Of a DNA stretch of 64,000 nt, positions 1 through 12,659 are shown piece by piece. The first letter of the stretch is position 1. Each line of letters starts with the position of its first letter. This DNA is from the human T2T-CHM13v2.0 reference genome, Homo sapiens. A program made the position numbers and the translations under genes. Under the pieces are notes generated by a model. The model did no database searches. It was not told the DNA's origin and saw only the letters and a program-made list of their open reading frames with translations. The stretch is from assembly GCF_009914755.1 (NCBI RefSeq), contig NC_060929.1; one strand, given 5' to 3'.

Positions 1-132
1 TAGTCCCAGCTACTTGGAAGGCTGAGGCAGGAGAATCACTTGAACTGGGGTGGTGGAGTTTGCAGTGAGTTGAGATCATGCACTGCAGCCTGGGTGACAA
101 AGCAAAACTCTGTCTCAAAAAAAAAAAAAAAA
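1..132 (+). mobile_element. Alu right arm and poly(A) tail, cut by the window edge
   Basis: tagtcccagctacttggaaggctgaggcaggagaatcacttgaa...ctctgtctc followed by an A tail. Confidence 0.95.
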
Positions 133-1108
133 TAGTTCACAGTGACAACAAGCCAGAGAACTGACTGTGGTCACATAAATAATTTTCACTGAATCTCCTT
201 CAGCACCCAATTAGCTCATGTAATTGCTACCAACAAGCCAGCTCAAGTGAATCCATTAAGTTTGTAAGCAGTATATATGCCATATATTTCTCTTTGTAAA
301 CTTAATTTTAAATTTCATTTTGAAAAACTGTAGCTATCCAGGAAAGTTTCAAGAATAGTAAAATGAACATCCATCTACCATTCACTAAATACAACAATTG
401 TTAACATTTTGCCACATTTTAAGTGCTGTATATTTCTAACTCTAAAAGCTTTTGACAATGTATCACACTTTTAAAGCTGCTTAGAAGGGAGGAAGGGAAG
501 GAGGGCAGAAAGAGGGGAAAATCCACTATAGAATGCAGACAAGGGTTTGATTATAAAGCATATTTGTTTTCATATCAGAAAAAGATAAAAGGACATTTTG
601 GTGAATCAAAAATTAAGAGCAGAAATTTTTTTCATTGACTGGCCTGATGAACAGCCTTCCAGATCATTTGTTAAAACATCAGTAAGAGGAAATATCCCCT
701 AAAATCTTGGACATGGCTCCTTTTTCTCTCAACGGGGAGTGGGATAACATGAATCCACACACACTTCTGGATGCAAATACATGGATCAGGCATGCAGAAA
801 GCGGAGGGGTCAACAGGGGACTCCAAGGGGTGTGTAGTGGAAGCGGAAGTCCCACTTGAGTCATAGGCAGGGGAGGCCTCTTCAGCCAAATCAGCTCCAG
901 AGTCCTCCCTGGGAAAATGTTCATTCCATATTCACTCATTCAACAAATATTCATCACACATTCCCCAGGCTCAGGCACCATGCAAGGGACAGGGTGCCCA
1001 GAGGGAACATGCAGCACCCACTGCTGCCTCCAGCTACCCCTGCATCTTGCATCCTCATGCTGCTCTCTTTCTCTGTCCCCCCACCCCCGCCTGCCCTGCC
1101 TCCTTCAG

Positions 1109-1222
1109 CGCCACCTGTCCCAGGAAGAGTTCTACCAAGTCTTTGGCATGACCATCTCTGAGTTTGACCGGCTGGCCCTCTGGAAGAGGAATGAACTGAA
1201 GAAGCAAGCCCGGCTGTTCTAG
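1109..1222 (+). CDS. ABLIM3: ABLIM3 terminal coding exon, C-terminus of the villin headpiece domain
   Basis: Pyrimidine tract and cag acceptor at 1106-1108; reads [37 protein letters not shown] (headpiece pattern F..VFGM...F..L..WK...LKK...LF); TAG at 1220-1222; lies directly upstream of AFAP1L1, the known neighbour of ABLIM3. Confidence 0.93.
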   Translation, partial: RHLSQEEFYQVFGMTISEFDRLALWKRNELKKQARLF

Positions 1223-3256
1223 GCAGAGGCTCTATAAATATATATGCATTTATATAAAGATATATGTAAAATCTCTCTACTGAAGCTCGGTATAATCCTC
1301 TCTTGTGTAATGGGACACACTGCCTGCCATGAGACTTGCTTTTCTGTACTGTCAGGCAAGCCCACGTCATCGAGATATTTTTATGCTCCTTACTTTCTCT
1401 TTTCTAAGTGCTGTGGGATCTGGGAAGGGATTTGAGGGGACTCTGTCCTTTTATTGGGGATCCTTTTTATACTGAAACATCTGTCCTAACTTGAGTGCCC
1501 CAAGGTCCAACTCTCTTTCCTAAAGAAGGTGCCTGAAGAAGTCTCTCTTCTCTCTGCTTCGTGGCCCCTTTCTTAAATTTCTAGGGCTGATGCTGACCAT
1601 GTGGTTTCCACACCTTATTGGCCCCAGAGGGGCCCTCCCATGGGAAGATCTGCAGCAGTCTCCCCAAATCAGTGAGCACCTTTGAGCGCCCACGAAGAAC
1701 TTTCTCAACACCCCCAATTAGGAGCTCAGTGCTCTCTTGGGGCAATGCAGTTAAAAGGGTGAGCCTCAAATCTAGTCATTACACCAGTCAACAGAAGTGG
1801 ACAGGGCCTAGGCCTCTCCTCAGCTCCTTAACCCTCCTCCTTCTGCCCTGGATTGTAACCTCTCCCTTGTCCAAATCTAGGATTCCTGGTAGGAAAAGGA
1901 AAAGGCCCTTCCCTTCCCTCCACCACTTCCAACTGGCCCCTTTGCCTGACCTGGACTTGGAGAACCAGAGGAAAAGAGAGGGAGCGGAAGTGGGAGATGG
2001 AGCAGGGCACCTGTTAGAATCAGAGCTGCAGGATTTCTTGGGACCCTCCTCTCTCCCTCACTGCTCCCAGCACCTCCTGACCCTTCCCTCTTTCAAGGAG
2101 AAGCCCATGATTGCAGCTTGTATTCTTTAGCCTTATTACAATCTATGTGCCTGACAACTCAACACACCGCAGGGCTAATGTTCCCACCAGAGCTCCAACT
2201 GAACAACCAGACAGACAACTCTCATCATCCTCCAGAGAGAAAATAGGCCGTGTCTCAAAGAAAGGTTCTTGGTCTATGCCTCTGGTCTGTGGGCTGGCAG
2301 GGCAACCATACCATACTCCCGCCAGTCCTCGGCTCCTGCTGCAAAGTTGGCCATGTTTCACAGGGAAACTTTTGGAAGAGTGGCTGCTTATGAGATTCCA
2401 AAATGAAGTGTTGGCCAACACCGCTCATGGCCATCCTGGATTTTCCCAGTGGCTTCCCTTCCTGCTCGCCTCCCTGAACAGGGGAGAAAGCTTAACCTCT
2501 CTTCTCCTCTCCAAACCTTTCACCTTGAATGGGTAATGTTTGGTGGGGGCTGTTCCTTCTTGGAGAAGCCTTGAGTCGGACCATTTTGAGATCATGGAGG
2601 AAGGATGAAGAAGTGAAAATGACAATAATGACTCTCAAGAGGCTGGCGATGTGACATGGCAAATGTAGAACTGACTTAAATTGAACAAACCCTCACTGAG
2701 CACCTCTGATGTTGAGCACCTGCTGAATACTGAGCACTGAATGGGGGAGGGGGAGGGGAGCACGGGGTGAGTCAACCTGGGACTCGGTCTCAGGGATATG
2801 CCTACCAATAGCGGGTATCGTAAGGCATGTACCCAAACATAACGGATGTAAGGCAGAAAGTGATCGGAGAAGGAATGAGAAAGTGTGCGTGATGTTAATG
2901 AAAAGTCATATGCAGCTAGAGCAGACCCAGGAAAGCTTTCTGGAAGAGATTGCATCTGAGGAAATTCAGGAAGGATCTTTGTAGATTGGGGGGAGATTCT
3001 AAATTGAAGGGGTGATAGGGTGAGGGGCCAGAGGGAAGTCTGCTGTGTTCTCATGTAGGATGTCAGCCCTCCCTGCAACTTCTCTTTTTGGCCAATGTCT
3101 TTTCACTTTCCTGACCCTTTAGAATCATCCCCAGCCAGACGCAATCATGGAAGTTGCCTTATTGTCACTGGTTAAGAACTTGGCGAGATTGAAGGGCTTT
3201 TGTTATTGTTGTTGGATATTTTTGTTTCCCATAAAAGCACATCATTTCAACCCTAA
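1223..3256 (+). other. ABLIM3: ABLIM3 3' UTR (~2 kb, 3' end approximate)
   Basis: Repeat-poor stretch from the stop codon to a candidate poly(A) signal; MIR and simple repeats resume after ~3350. Confidence 0.7.
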
Positions 3257-3290
3257 ACCTGTGTGCTTCTGTTGTTTCTTGTGTGGGAGT
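3230..3290 (+). terminator. Candidate ABLIM3 poly(A) site: variant hexamer CATAAA plus downstream GU-rich element
   Basis: CATAAA at 3230-3235, U-rich upstream (ttttgttattgttgttggatatttttgttt), GU-rich downstream (tgtgtgcttctgttgtttcttgtgtg). Confidence 0.6.
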
Positions 3291-3501
3291 GGAAATGACT
3301 GACATGGGAAGAGGCTGAACCCTGCACATTTTTCAAAATGAAAGCACCAAAACAGCAGCCACTCCTTTGGCCTCAGTTTCTCCTTCTGTAAAATGAGAAA
3401 GTTTGGTAAAGGTAAACATCACTTAGATTCTTTTCTGTAGAATGCAGGATCCCTCAAGATGGTAAAGGATGTTCCAACAACAAAGAACTTCTGTGATCAA
3501 A

Positions 3502-3531
<30 letters not shown>
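3502..3531 (+). repeat. (AAT)10 microsatellite
   Basis: Direct reading. Confidence 0.95.
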
Positions 3532-3532
<1 letters not shown>

Positions 3533-3730
3533 GTTCCTTATTACTAAGCACCAGCAATGTTCCAAGTTCTATGTGAGCACTTCACACCCATCATCTCATT
3601 TAAGCTTCTGAAACAACCCAAGAGGTAGCCGTTATTAACATCTCCATCTCCTAAATGAGTAAATAGCTTTGAAGAGAACCATAATTACTGCTGGTAGAGC
3701 CAGGAGTGAATTCTAGCCTGTCTGACTCAG
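3532..3730 (-). mobile_element. MIR SINE fragment
   Basis: Degenerate MIR core: catctcatttaa...acaacccaagaggtag...attaacatctccat...aaatgag. Confidence 0.6.
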
Positions 3731-4434
3731 AGAGACCAGCTTACCACTCTTATTAGGCAAGATCCTTCCAGCTGCAGGTAAAGAGAGCATCTTATTACAA
3801 GTGGCTTCAACAGTGAGAACATGTGTTGTCTTGCATGACCAGAAATCCAAGGTGCAGAGTTAGTACATTCAGCAGCTCAGGGATGGAGTCCAGAGCCCAG
3901 GTTGTTTGTATCTCTGTACCCCACCATCCTCAGCATGTTGGCTCTTGTCCTCAGCCATGTGTCCTCTATGTTTACAAGAGGCTTCTGTGGCTCCAGGCAC
4001 CATGTCCTCACACAATCACATCAAAAAACAAGACAGTCTATTGCATGTCTATTGTAGTCAGAAAAACTTTTCCAAAGTCCTCAGTAGACTTCTGCTTGGA
4101 TCCCACCGGCCAGAACTAGGGATATGTCCATGATCCTGCTGCAGTAAAGGCTGGGAAACTGGGCATTTGGCATTTTCAGCCTCAACAGGGGGAACCAGGC
4201 CCTCTACTAACAAAGAAGAAGGAAGCAGGGCAGAAAAGGATGGCCTCTGGGTGACGAAATCACAGCGCCTCTGCCACAACTGCTGTGCCGTTAAAGAGCA
4301 CATCACGTCCCTTCTCTCGTAGACTCACAACACACATTGCCAAAAGTCCTGAGAAGTCCCACCATAGTACCTTTGTTTAATCCAATATTTTATAAATGAA
4401 TTTAACATAACCTCTGTTTAAGACATGCTGGCTT

Positions 4435-4512
4435 ACTGTATTTTATCTATTCAAAGATGCACACTTTTTTCACGTTTCGACATCTCTGACGATGAGATGT
4501 GGCTTAGAATTA
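4435..4512. mobile_element. MER104-like (Tc2) DNA transposon fragment
   Basis: ctgtattttatctattcaaagatgcacactttttttcacgtttcgacatctctga resembles the MER104 terminus as recalled. Confidence 0.45.
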
Positions 4513-5171
4513 AAAGTAGCTCCTCTTCTGAGCTCTCATTCTGCGATTCTTCAATAAGAACCAATGCTAACTTTCAGCCCCAACATGGCCCCTCCAGACA
4601 GGTGGCTCAAATGTGCAAAAAGATAAGAATGCATTTTTGCTCCCTGCCTACACATGCACCCAACAAATATTCATGAGTGAGCATCTCCTGCCAGGCAGGA
4701 GCACTGAGGATACAACAGTGTGGAAGGCAGGAATGGGCTTTCCTCATGGACTCTGGTCTAGAGGAGAAACGAATCATAAATAAGGCAACAGAAAAAGAGC
4801 TGGCACATGAAGATAACTGCTACAGAGACAACAAATAGGTACCATGAGAAAGAAACTCACTTCGTATGCTAATCAAAGGATGAAAACTAAGTACCTGGGG
4901 AAAAGTGGGGTTGCCAGCATTCTTGGCACAGAGAACAGTGGATGCAAAGGCCCTGGATTGAGCAAGAGCTTGGCTTATTGGAGGAACAAAAAGCACCAAT
5001 GAGGCTGGAGTGGGGCATATGCAGGGGAGAGTGAGATTAGAAGCGGTGGGAGGGCAGGCAGGGGCCAGCCATGCACAGAGTCTAAAAGGACTCCTCTCAT
5101 CCATCCAGGCTTTGTAGAGGGTGTTTGGCTTGTGCTGTGGTTGTCAACATGCTGGGTGTAGGAAGAATTGT

Positions 5172-5340
5172 TCCAAGCGTTGCCACTCAAAATGTTCCTA
5201 ACCAGGAACATTGGCATCACCCAGGAACTTCTGTGAAATGCAGAACCTCAGGCCCCACCCCAACCTGCCCAATCAGCATCTGTATTTTCATAAGATCCCC
5301 AGGTGATTCATACACATGGTGAAGTGTAAGAAGCGTTGCT
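5172..5340. mobile_element. MER5A-like hAT-Charlie element
   Basis: gcatcacccaggaact...gaaatgcagaacctcaggccccacccca...aatcagcatctgtattttcataagatccccaggtgattc. Confidence 0.75.
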
Positions 5341-5694
5341 CTCACCCATCTTCCTTTCATGAATAGACATAACATTTTGAGTCAGACTGTCTGAAATTCT
5401 AGAAGGGGGCCTTTCCCCACACATGCAACCCGTTTGGACACTGGAGATCAACCTTACATCAATAAAGCAGAATGTGACTTTGGAGGCCACAGAAGGTAAT
5501 GCCAATAATACAATAGTTGTAATTCGCAGTCACGATACAGGCTGACTGAGCGTTTGAGCAGATCAGAACAAGCCAGCTCTCCTGTGCCTGCAGCCCCTCA
5601 ACCTCACCAGGCACCCAGTTCATAGACATGGGCACCAGCTGTGGAAGATGTCAGCAGCTGCAGCTGGCCACAGAGCCAAACGTGGACTAGAAGG

Positions 5695-5840
5695 CTGTTA
5701 TTCAGCACTGTTAGCAAAATTCAAGGGGGCAAAAGCACTACTAAAATTAATAGCAATTAACCTTCACAGAATTTTGCCAGTTCCGTGTGGAATTAAGTTT
5801 TAAACGCATTATTCCACACTGGACTTTGAGTTGCTAAAAA
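5695..5840. repeat. Multi-palindromic element, possibly an ancient conserved repeat (MER121-like)
   Basis: Three nested inverted-repeat pairs seen directly; family assignment from memory only. Confidence 0.45.
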
Positions 5841-6349
5841 TCTTGACTGCACAGTGATAAACACCTACCTACATACTCAGCTATGGGCAGCGCCAAGCCA
5901 CTCAGGAGCCCTGCAGCAAGACTCCAAATGAATAGAGTCCAGGGGCTGTGCAGACGAGGGTCAGCCTCTCCCCAACACTCACAAGCCTTTCACCTCTGTA
6001 CTTGGCCTGGTCCAATATGATTGGCCCAGAGACAGAGACGAGAGAAACCAAAGGCCGGAAGTCACCATCTATGGTCATCCTCAGGGAAAATTAGAGCTAA
6101 ATGTGCAGATAAATGAGGCTTAAAATTGGCATGACTTCTGTGTCCATAGCCAGAAGTATTTCCCTCTCGGGGGAACTATCCCGGTGCTTCCCGGATTTCA
6201 GTCATTCAAGCATCACCTTCATGATTTCATCAAATTATTTATTTTCTTAATACTATTTACTTGATATTTTTCTTTCAATTGACATGTATCTGATGTTTCT
6301 ATTTTAATGCCAGTGAAAAGCACAGGTTTGTAGGACTGTTTATATGGGG

Positions 6350-6731
<382 letters not shown>

Positions 6732-7224
6732 TAACTCTCCAAATATGTTGGTCTGTGTAATATCTAAACATATATCACATTTTCACCAATTGTCTGAATT
6801 CCACACTTTTGGAAATGCTGTTCTACCTGATGGAAAAGGGAGGAGAGAAGGTATTTGTATTCCCTGTACATCTTCATGATAGCTGGTCTTCGGGGAGCCC
6901 AAGAGAAACCATCTGAAAACGCTGCAGAGAGAAGATAACCCAAAATTCTTTGACAACAAACAGGGCTTGCTGAACCACAGCTCGCCTGACAGCCAAGACT
7001 CTCATATACCAGTGGTATCCTGCTGGGGCATCATATAGACAGGGGGTCCCTGGACCTCACTAAGGTTTTCAGTGGATACAGCCTCTCATATTCCCCGCTG
7101 CTGAGGGTTGTAAATCCTTTGCCTCCAGGTATGCTGCCATGAGCTCCAGCAGGGACAGTACAGCGTCATGGGTAAGGGCACATGGTTAGACGCATCCTCC
7201 CTCAGGGCAGTCTCAGCCTTGCCA

Positions 7225-7556
7225 TTTGCTAGTTGAACGGTGTCCTCACCCTCCCATTTCATATTTGGATTCCCTAACCCCCTAGTACCTCTGAATGTGA
7301 CTCTACTTAGACATAGGGCTTTTAAAGAGGTGACTAAGTTAAGATGAGGCTGTTAGGGTAGGGCCTGATCCAATCTGACTGGTGTCTTCATAAGAAGATT
7401 TGGACACGTGGTGACAGCCAGGGAGCCCATGCAGGGAGGGACGGCCACGTGAAGAGACAGCAAAGGGGTAGCCATCCACAAGCCATGGAGACAGGCCTCA
7501 GAGGAAACCAGCTCTGCTGGCAGAAATTCTGTTGTGGCAGCCCTAGCAAACGAATG
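7225..7556 (+). mobile_element. MaLR solo LTR (MLT1 family)
   Basis: gtacctctgaatgtgact...taaagaggtgactaagttaagatgagg...ccaatctgactggtgtcttcataagaaga...gcagccctagcaaac. Confidence 0.8.
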
Positions 7557-7639
7557 AAATGACATATGCAAAATAGAGGTCGCGGCATTTAGTTGATAAA
7601 GTGGTGTGCTGCAGGTGCGCGCCTGGCTGCAGGGGAGGC

Positions 7640-8032
7640 GTGCGTTTCACTGCTCAACACCTCCCTTGGGCTTAGAGCCTGTGGTTTACCTAGAGTATGG
7701 GGGCCTCTCTGGGCCACTGCTGGAACTGCAGGGAGAGAGGCTGCCTTTCTCACCTGGAATCTCCAGGTGTAAGGAATTCAGGCTTTGCAGCTGTGTGGCC
7801 TTCTCTGCCACAGATTGGAACAGACGGCCTGAAGATGAAGACTAAACAGAGGAGGGCAGAGCCGGGAGATGGAGAGAAAAGAGCGACTGCTCAGTTTGCC
7901 TTCCTGGATCCAAGCTTGGCTTCAAACCAGCTTCGCCCCTTCAGCTACTCAGCTACCCTTTGAGCTTTTTCATTAAAGCTGGTTGGAGTTGTGATTCTAT
8001 CACTTGCAACCAAAGAAGTTGTGACAGATACC
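7640..8032 (+). mobile_element. Old MLT1-type LTR fragment
   Basis: 3' end gctggttggagttgtgattctatcacttgcaaccaaaga...gacagatac typical of old MLT1 LTRs. Confidence 0.5.
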
Positions 8033-11000
8033 CTGGCTCCCAGAGTGAATGAATATTGGCAGCGGAATCCCGAATGTGTTCCTTTGCTGTCTGTGTGAGG
8101 GAGAATGACCACAATTTAAACAGTGCAGGCATGTGCTCCGATCAAAGCGCGCAGTGTGACATGAATCACTAGGGAACACATAGGAAGGGTAAAAGCTTGC
8201 CTCAGTCTGTCACTGAAAAGTGTTTGTAGGGCCCAGACCTAGAGCCTTCTGGTTTTCCAAAACCTCCTTATGGATACAGAATTCCTTGTCATACAAAAGA
8301 AGCGTGACTGCCTCCCTAAGGCACAGGGTCTTGCCCACCTGGATCAGGACAAATTGTCCATCTGGCCCTAGCAATCTGTCATTGTAACAAAATAATGGGA
8401 CTATGTAACGTTTTTAAATGTGCATACAAAACACCACTCCTTTGCAGACTCCGTGGGTAGCAGCATTTGGAGGCCTGGTAGTCCTCCCATCCGGGAGCAC
8501 TGGGAGCTCCTTCAGGGAAGGAGGAACCTGGCAGAATCAGTTGCATTTCCAGGGGTTGGATTTATATAAAACTCCCTGCAGGGGGCAGCCTGGGTATGTG
8601 GCCACGGTTTCAGCATCCCTTAATATTTTTCCATAAACATCTGACGAATTCTTCAGAGGAAACCCACACTGATTACATAATAACCAACACTTCTGACCAT
8701 GGCTCAGACACTGTGCTAAGCACCTTACAGATCTCATTTAACCCCCTGGTACTACTTTCATCCTTATTTTACAGATGAGGAAATTGGGCCCTTGATAAAT
8801 AACTCATCCAGTGTTTCACAGCTGTATGTGGCAGAGCCTGCACTTGATCTTAGAGATGCCTCACCCAAAGCCCGTGCACTCGGCTATATCATACAAAATC
8901 TCCTCCCTGAATATACTGCCAGCTGGCATTTGAAGAAAACGTACCATGTGCTGGCATGGCATCAGCCACTCCACACTCTACATGCACAGTTACTCTGAAG
9001 CATCACAACTGCTGTGTGGGGAAGATGTTTGTAGCCCCAATTTTTAGATGAGGAATCTGAGGTTCAGAGCGGTTGAAGATCGTGCCTGGACTGTGCAGGG
9101 GCGGGGCTGGGTAACACTCAGATCCACCTTGTCCTAAAGTCATGCTCTTCACCACTGTGTCCCACACACTGAACAGAGTGGCTCAGGTGACCTCATATCA
9201 GGGCATCACTGCTCCTGGTTCTGGCTCTAAGGCCTTCTGTGATTTCAGGTAAGATTTCTCCCCTTCTCTCAGCCTCAGTTTCCCCAACTGACAAATGAAG
9301 GGACCAGATGGGCTAATGTCTCAGGTTTTGGGGGGCTTTAAAGCTTTTCTAGCTCCAGGTTATAAAATCCACTTTGGACCTCTGCAACCTGGCACCAGCC
9401 TGCAGCCACAGATGAAGCTAGGGGCGTGCAGCCCAGATCTTCAGAAGAGAGTTAGTCCACGCTGCAGTGTTAGGAGCTGCACACCCTCCTCAGGCCTCAG
9501 CGTGGAGGCCCCCAGCTGGACAGACCCTCCATATGTCTTCATGGGTCCCTAATTTCCCTCAAGTTTCCACATTGGGGCCTGGGGGTGGCTATAGTCCAGA
9601 TTAAGTTCACAGGGGTGTTTTAGTTGGCTACTGCAATGTTTAAAACAATTGGAATTCATTACCAACACTTTTAAATCAAAAGAGATTTCTCACTGAAATC
9701 TAGATTTCTGGGTTCTGCTGAAAAAGCTGAAGATTGGCCACTCCATTTCCAAGCTGACTGGTGACTGGCCCCTCAGACGGAGCAAGAGGGCTCCGCTTTG
9801 CTGTGGCCCCTCCACTTGCATGGCCTGCTTCCTGCACACCCTTCCCTGCCCGGCCCTGTAGGTGCTTCAGGGCACGAGCCTCGCTTCAGGAGCCTAAGAT
9901 CTCGCTTAAGGAGAAGAATCCAAAGGGATGGAGTAAGCTTCATGCAGCATTTCAGCATAAAACAAAAGCTCCTTTTCCTTCAGACACAACCACTGGGCTT
10001 GGTTTTAACAACTGTGGAAGCTGAGCCCTGTTGCCTCCATGCAAGTAGGAGCCCCGTGCCCTGGAGCAGAAACCTGAAGGCGCATGGGAAGAAGGAGTTT
10101 TCATCCATCCATGAAACTCTTTCTCTTTCTCTTTCTCCCAGAAACAGCCACTGAGATCTCTATCTGCTTTCCGGGGCCCAGGGTGGGCCAGCAGACGTGT
10201 GTCATTTCCCTGGATAGGGGCTATAATGGCAACATTGTGCTAAGTGGAACAAGAGAGGTTTTCATTGCAGCCAGCATCAGGCAGACACCCGATCAGAGGG
10301 CTCTGGGGATCACCCCACACAAAGGAGCATGGGAGAGGGGCCCTGAGCCAAGGAGAAGCCACACATCCACAGCAGCACACAGGGGCTGGGCAGCACAGCA
10401 GCATGTCTCCAGAAGGCCTGGTCACAAGTTCATTTCCCCCTGCAAATAAATAAGCAAATACGACAATCCCAGAGGACAAATGGGACCCCCAGGACACATG
10501 CATTAATAGAAGCCAAAACTGGCAGGCCTTACACACCCTTGAGTATGTTTTCACTGACTCATTCCACAAATACTATTACCATTTACTAGGTGTTTGGGCA
10601 CTGTGCTAGATTCTAAGGATCTAGCAATGAGTAAGACAGCGCCCGCTCTCACAGCATTTGCAGTCTGGTGGGGGACAGGGAAGCATAGGTAAAGAAGCAC
10701 ATAAGAAATTATGTACTATTGACCCAGTGGAAGAACTGAGATTCACACGGCAATGAAGTTGACTTAGGAACCCAGATCTGAGCACCCATCTGTTGTTTTT
10801 CTTACTCTTCCTGAAGTCTCCTGAGATCACTGCAGGCTCAGTGAAGAAGGCACCCCAAACACCATAATAAGAAATCTGGACTCTCCGCTGAGGGCCCGGG
10901 GAGCCATCACATATTTTTAAGGGGGTAGTTGCACGGTCTGATTGGGATCATGGAATGGTCGCTCTGTTGGCCATGGTGGAAACAGTCCCTAGAGGTAAGG

Positions 11001-11964
11001 TGACAGGTTAGGAGGCTAGAGTATATTTCTCTCCCTGGAACAAATAGTCCTGAGCCTCCAAATTTTTCTTTCCCAGGGTTTCCCAGTTCCACCTGATAAG
11101 CGAAGAATGAGACTAGGGAGTATCATTTGTTTTCACAAGACAGGGAGCAGGAGGGAGTTGAAAGCTTTCTTCCTGGTATTGTTCACTAAGGCTAAATTTG
11201 ATACCTTCTTACAGAGCTGGAGCTCCCCACATAGCATTCTTTAGACAAAATCCAGGCAAACCTGGAAAACTTGGAAGTCAGCAAAGTAGGTAGTGAAAAG
11301 GAAGATATGAGGCAGATTCTAAAAATCCTTGCCAGAGAGTTGCACTCAAAATGAAATGGAAAGGGGAAGAGAAAAGCAGGTATCACAACCTTCATTCCTA
11401 TCCTTGCCCTGATGCTTATCCCCCAATAACCCACGATCCAGCCAACCTGAACTGCTTCACAGACACGTCCTGCTGCCTTTGAGCTCAATGTCTTTGCTCT
11501 CACTGCTCTTTGCCCATAATGTTATCTCCTCATTACACATTCTCAGTTGCCTGCCTTCCAAATATCTGTCATCCATTACAGCCTCCATGATTAGTAAAAA
11601 AGTCTTACTTTGTCTGATGGACTCCAAGACCACTTTATTTCTCCTCTGGTACTTTTCATACAATAATTTATATTATATTATTTTATACATGTCTGTCTCC
11701 TCTACTAGATTGTAGATTCCCTGAGGGTGAGAATCATTCCTACTTAGCATTTCTTCTCTCAATAGAAACTTGCACAGAGTGCAATCAATATTGCCTAAGC
11801 GAATTTATGGGCAGTGTGGATTGTTAGTTTTTATGAGGAATATAGAACTCACTAAAGGAAACATACAGAAAAAAAAAAAAGTTATTCCTTGTCCAAACCC
11901 GCAAATAACTTTTTCATCCATCTCAGTTACTCTGACAGCAACCAAGCTGTAGACAACTAGTCAA

Positions 11965-11983
11965 CATTGCCACCTAGTGGACA
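11965..11983 (-). promoter_or_regulatory. CTCF core motif
   Basis: Minus strand reads tgtCCACTAGGTGGCAat, matching CCACYAGRKGGCR. Confidence 0.6.
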
Positions 11984-12223
11984 TTATGGGTAATTATTTA
12001 AACCAGAACCCCTATACCTTGCCAGCAACAATTTTTTGTTGATTCTCAGAACTGTGCACAGACTGTGTTCTCCCATTTCTATATCCTTCCCAGACCACAG
12101 CTCAGTTAATTCCACTCCATAAATTATTCCATTTTCCTTAGCCTTTTTTACTTTTTCGTTCCAATTCTCTGAATATATCTCCAAAGTCCTTGAAAGTTTC
12201 TGAAAGTTCTCTAAACATCTCTA

Positions 12224-12345
12224 CAGGCTCATGCCTGTCATCCTAGCACTTTGGGAGGCCGAGGCCGGAGGAGCATTTGATCTCAGAAGTTCGAGACCAG
12301 CTTGGGCAACATAGTGAAACCTTGTCTCTATCTTAAATATTTTTT
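12224..12345 (+). mobile_element. Alu monomer (FLAM or AluJ left arm)
   Basis: ggctcatgcctgtcatcctagcactttgggaggccgagg...gaccagcttgggcaacatagtgaaaccttgtctcta, no right arm. Confidence 0.85.
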
Positions 12346-12500
12346 TAAACATTATAAAAATAAAAATATTTACAAAAGCCTCCGTCTGTTTTTGCAATAG
12401 TAACATTTCATACTGTTTTTCTAAATTATTTCAAATGAAATATTATGTTTTTAGAAGAATTAGTGAGCTAGCCTGAGAACTTAAAATACAATTTATGGGA

Positions 12501-12659
12501 GGCCGGGCGCGGTGGCTCACGCCTGTAATCCCAGCACTTTGGGAGGCTGAGGCGGGTGGATCACGAGGTCAGGAGATCGAGGCCATCCTGGCCAACATGG
12601 TAAAACCCCGTCTCTACTAAAATACAAAAAATAATAATAATAATAATTAAAAAATAAAA
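12501..12659 (+). mobile_element. Left-arm-only AluSc/Y-type insertion with a 17-bp target-site duplication
   Basis: ggccgggcgcggtggctcacg...ggatcacgaggtcaggagatcgag...tactaaaatacaaaaa then an AAT-rich tail; TSD taaaatacaatttatgg at 12482-12498 and 12660-12676. Confidence 0.9.

Noticed and set aside
1233-1254. Small hairpin TATAAAT...ATTTATA just after the ABLIM3 stop, possible readthrough signal
   Set aside because: AT-only 7-bp stem; TAG-G is not a known leaky context
1618-3078. 140-170 aa ORFs in the ABLIM3 3' UTR
   Set aside because: No domain features or splice support; lengths plausible by chance in GC-rich UTR
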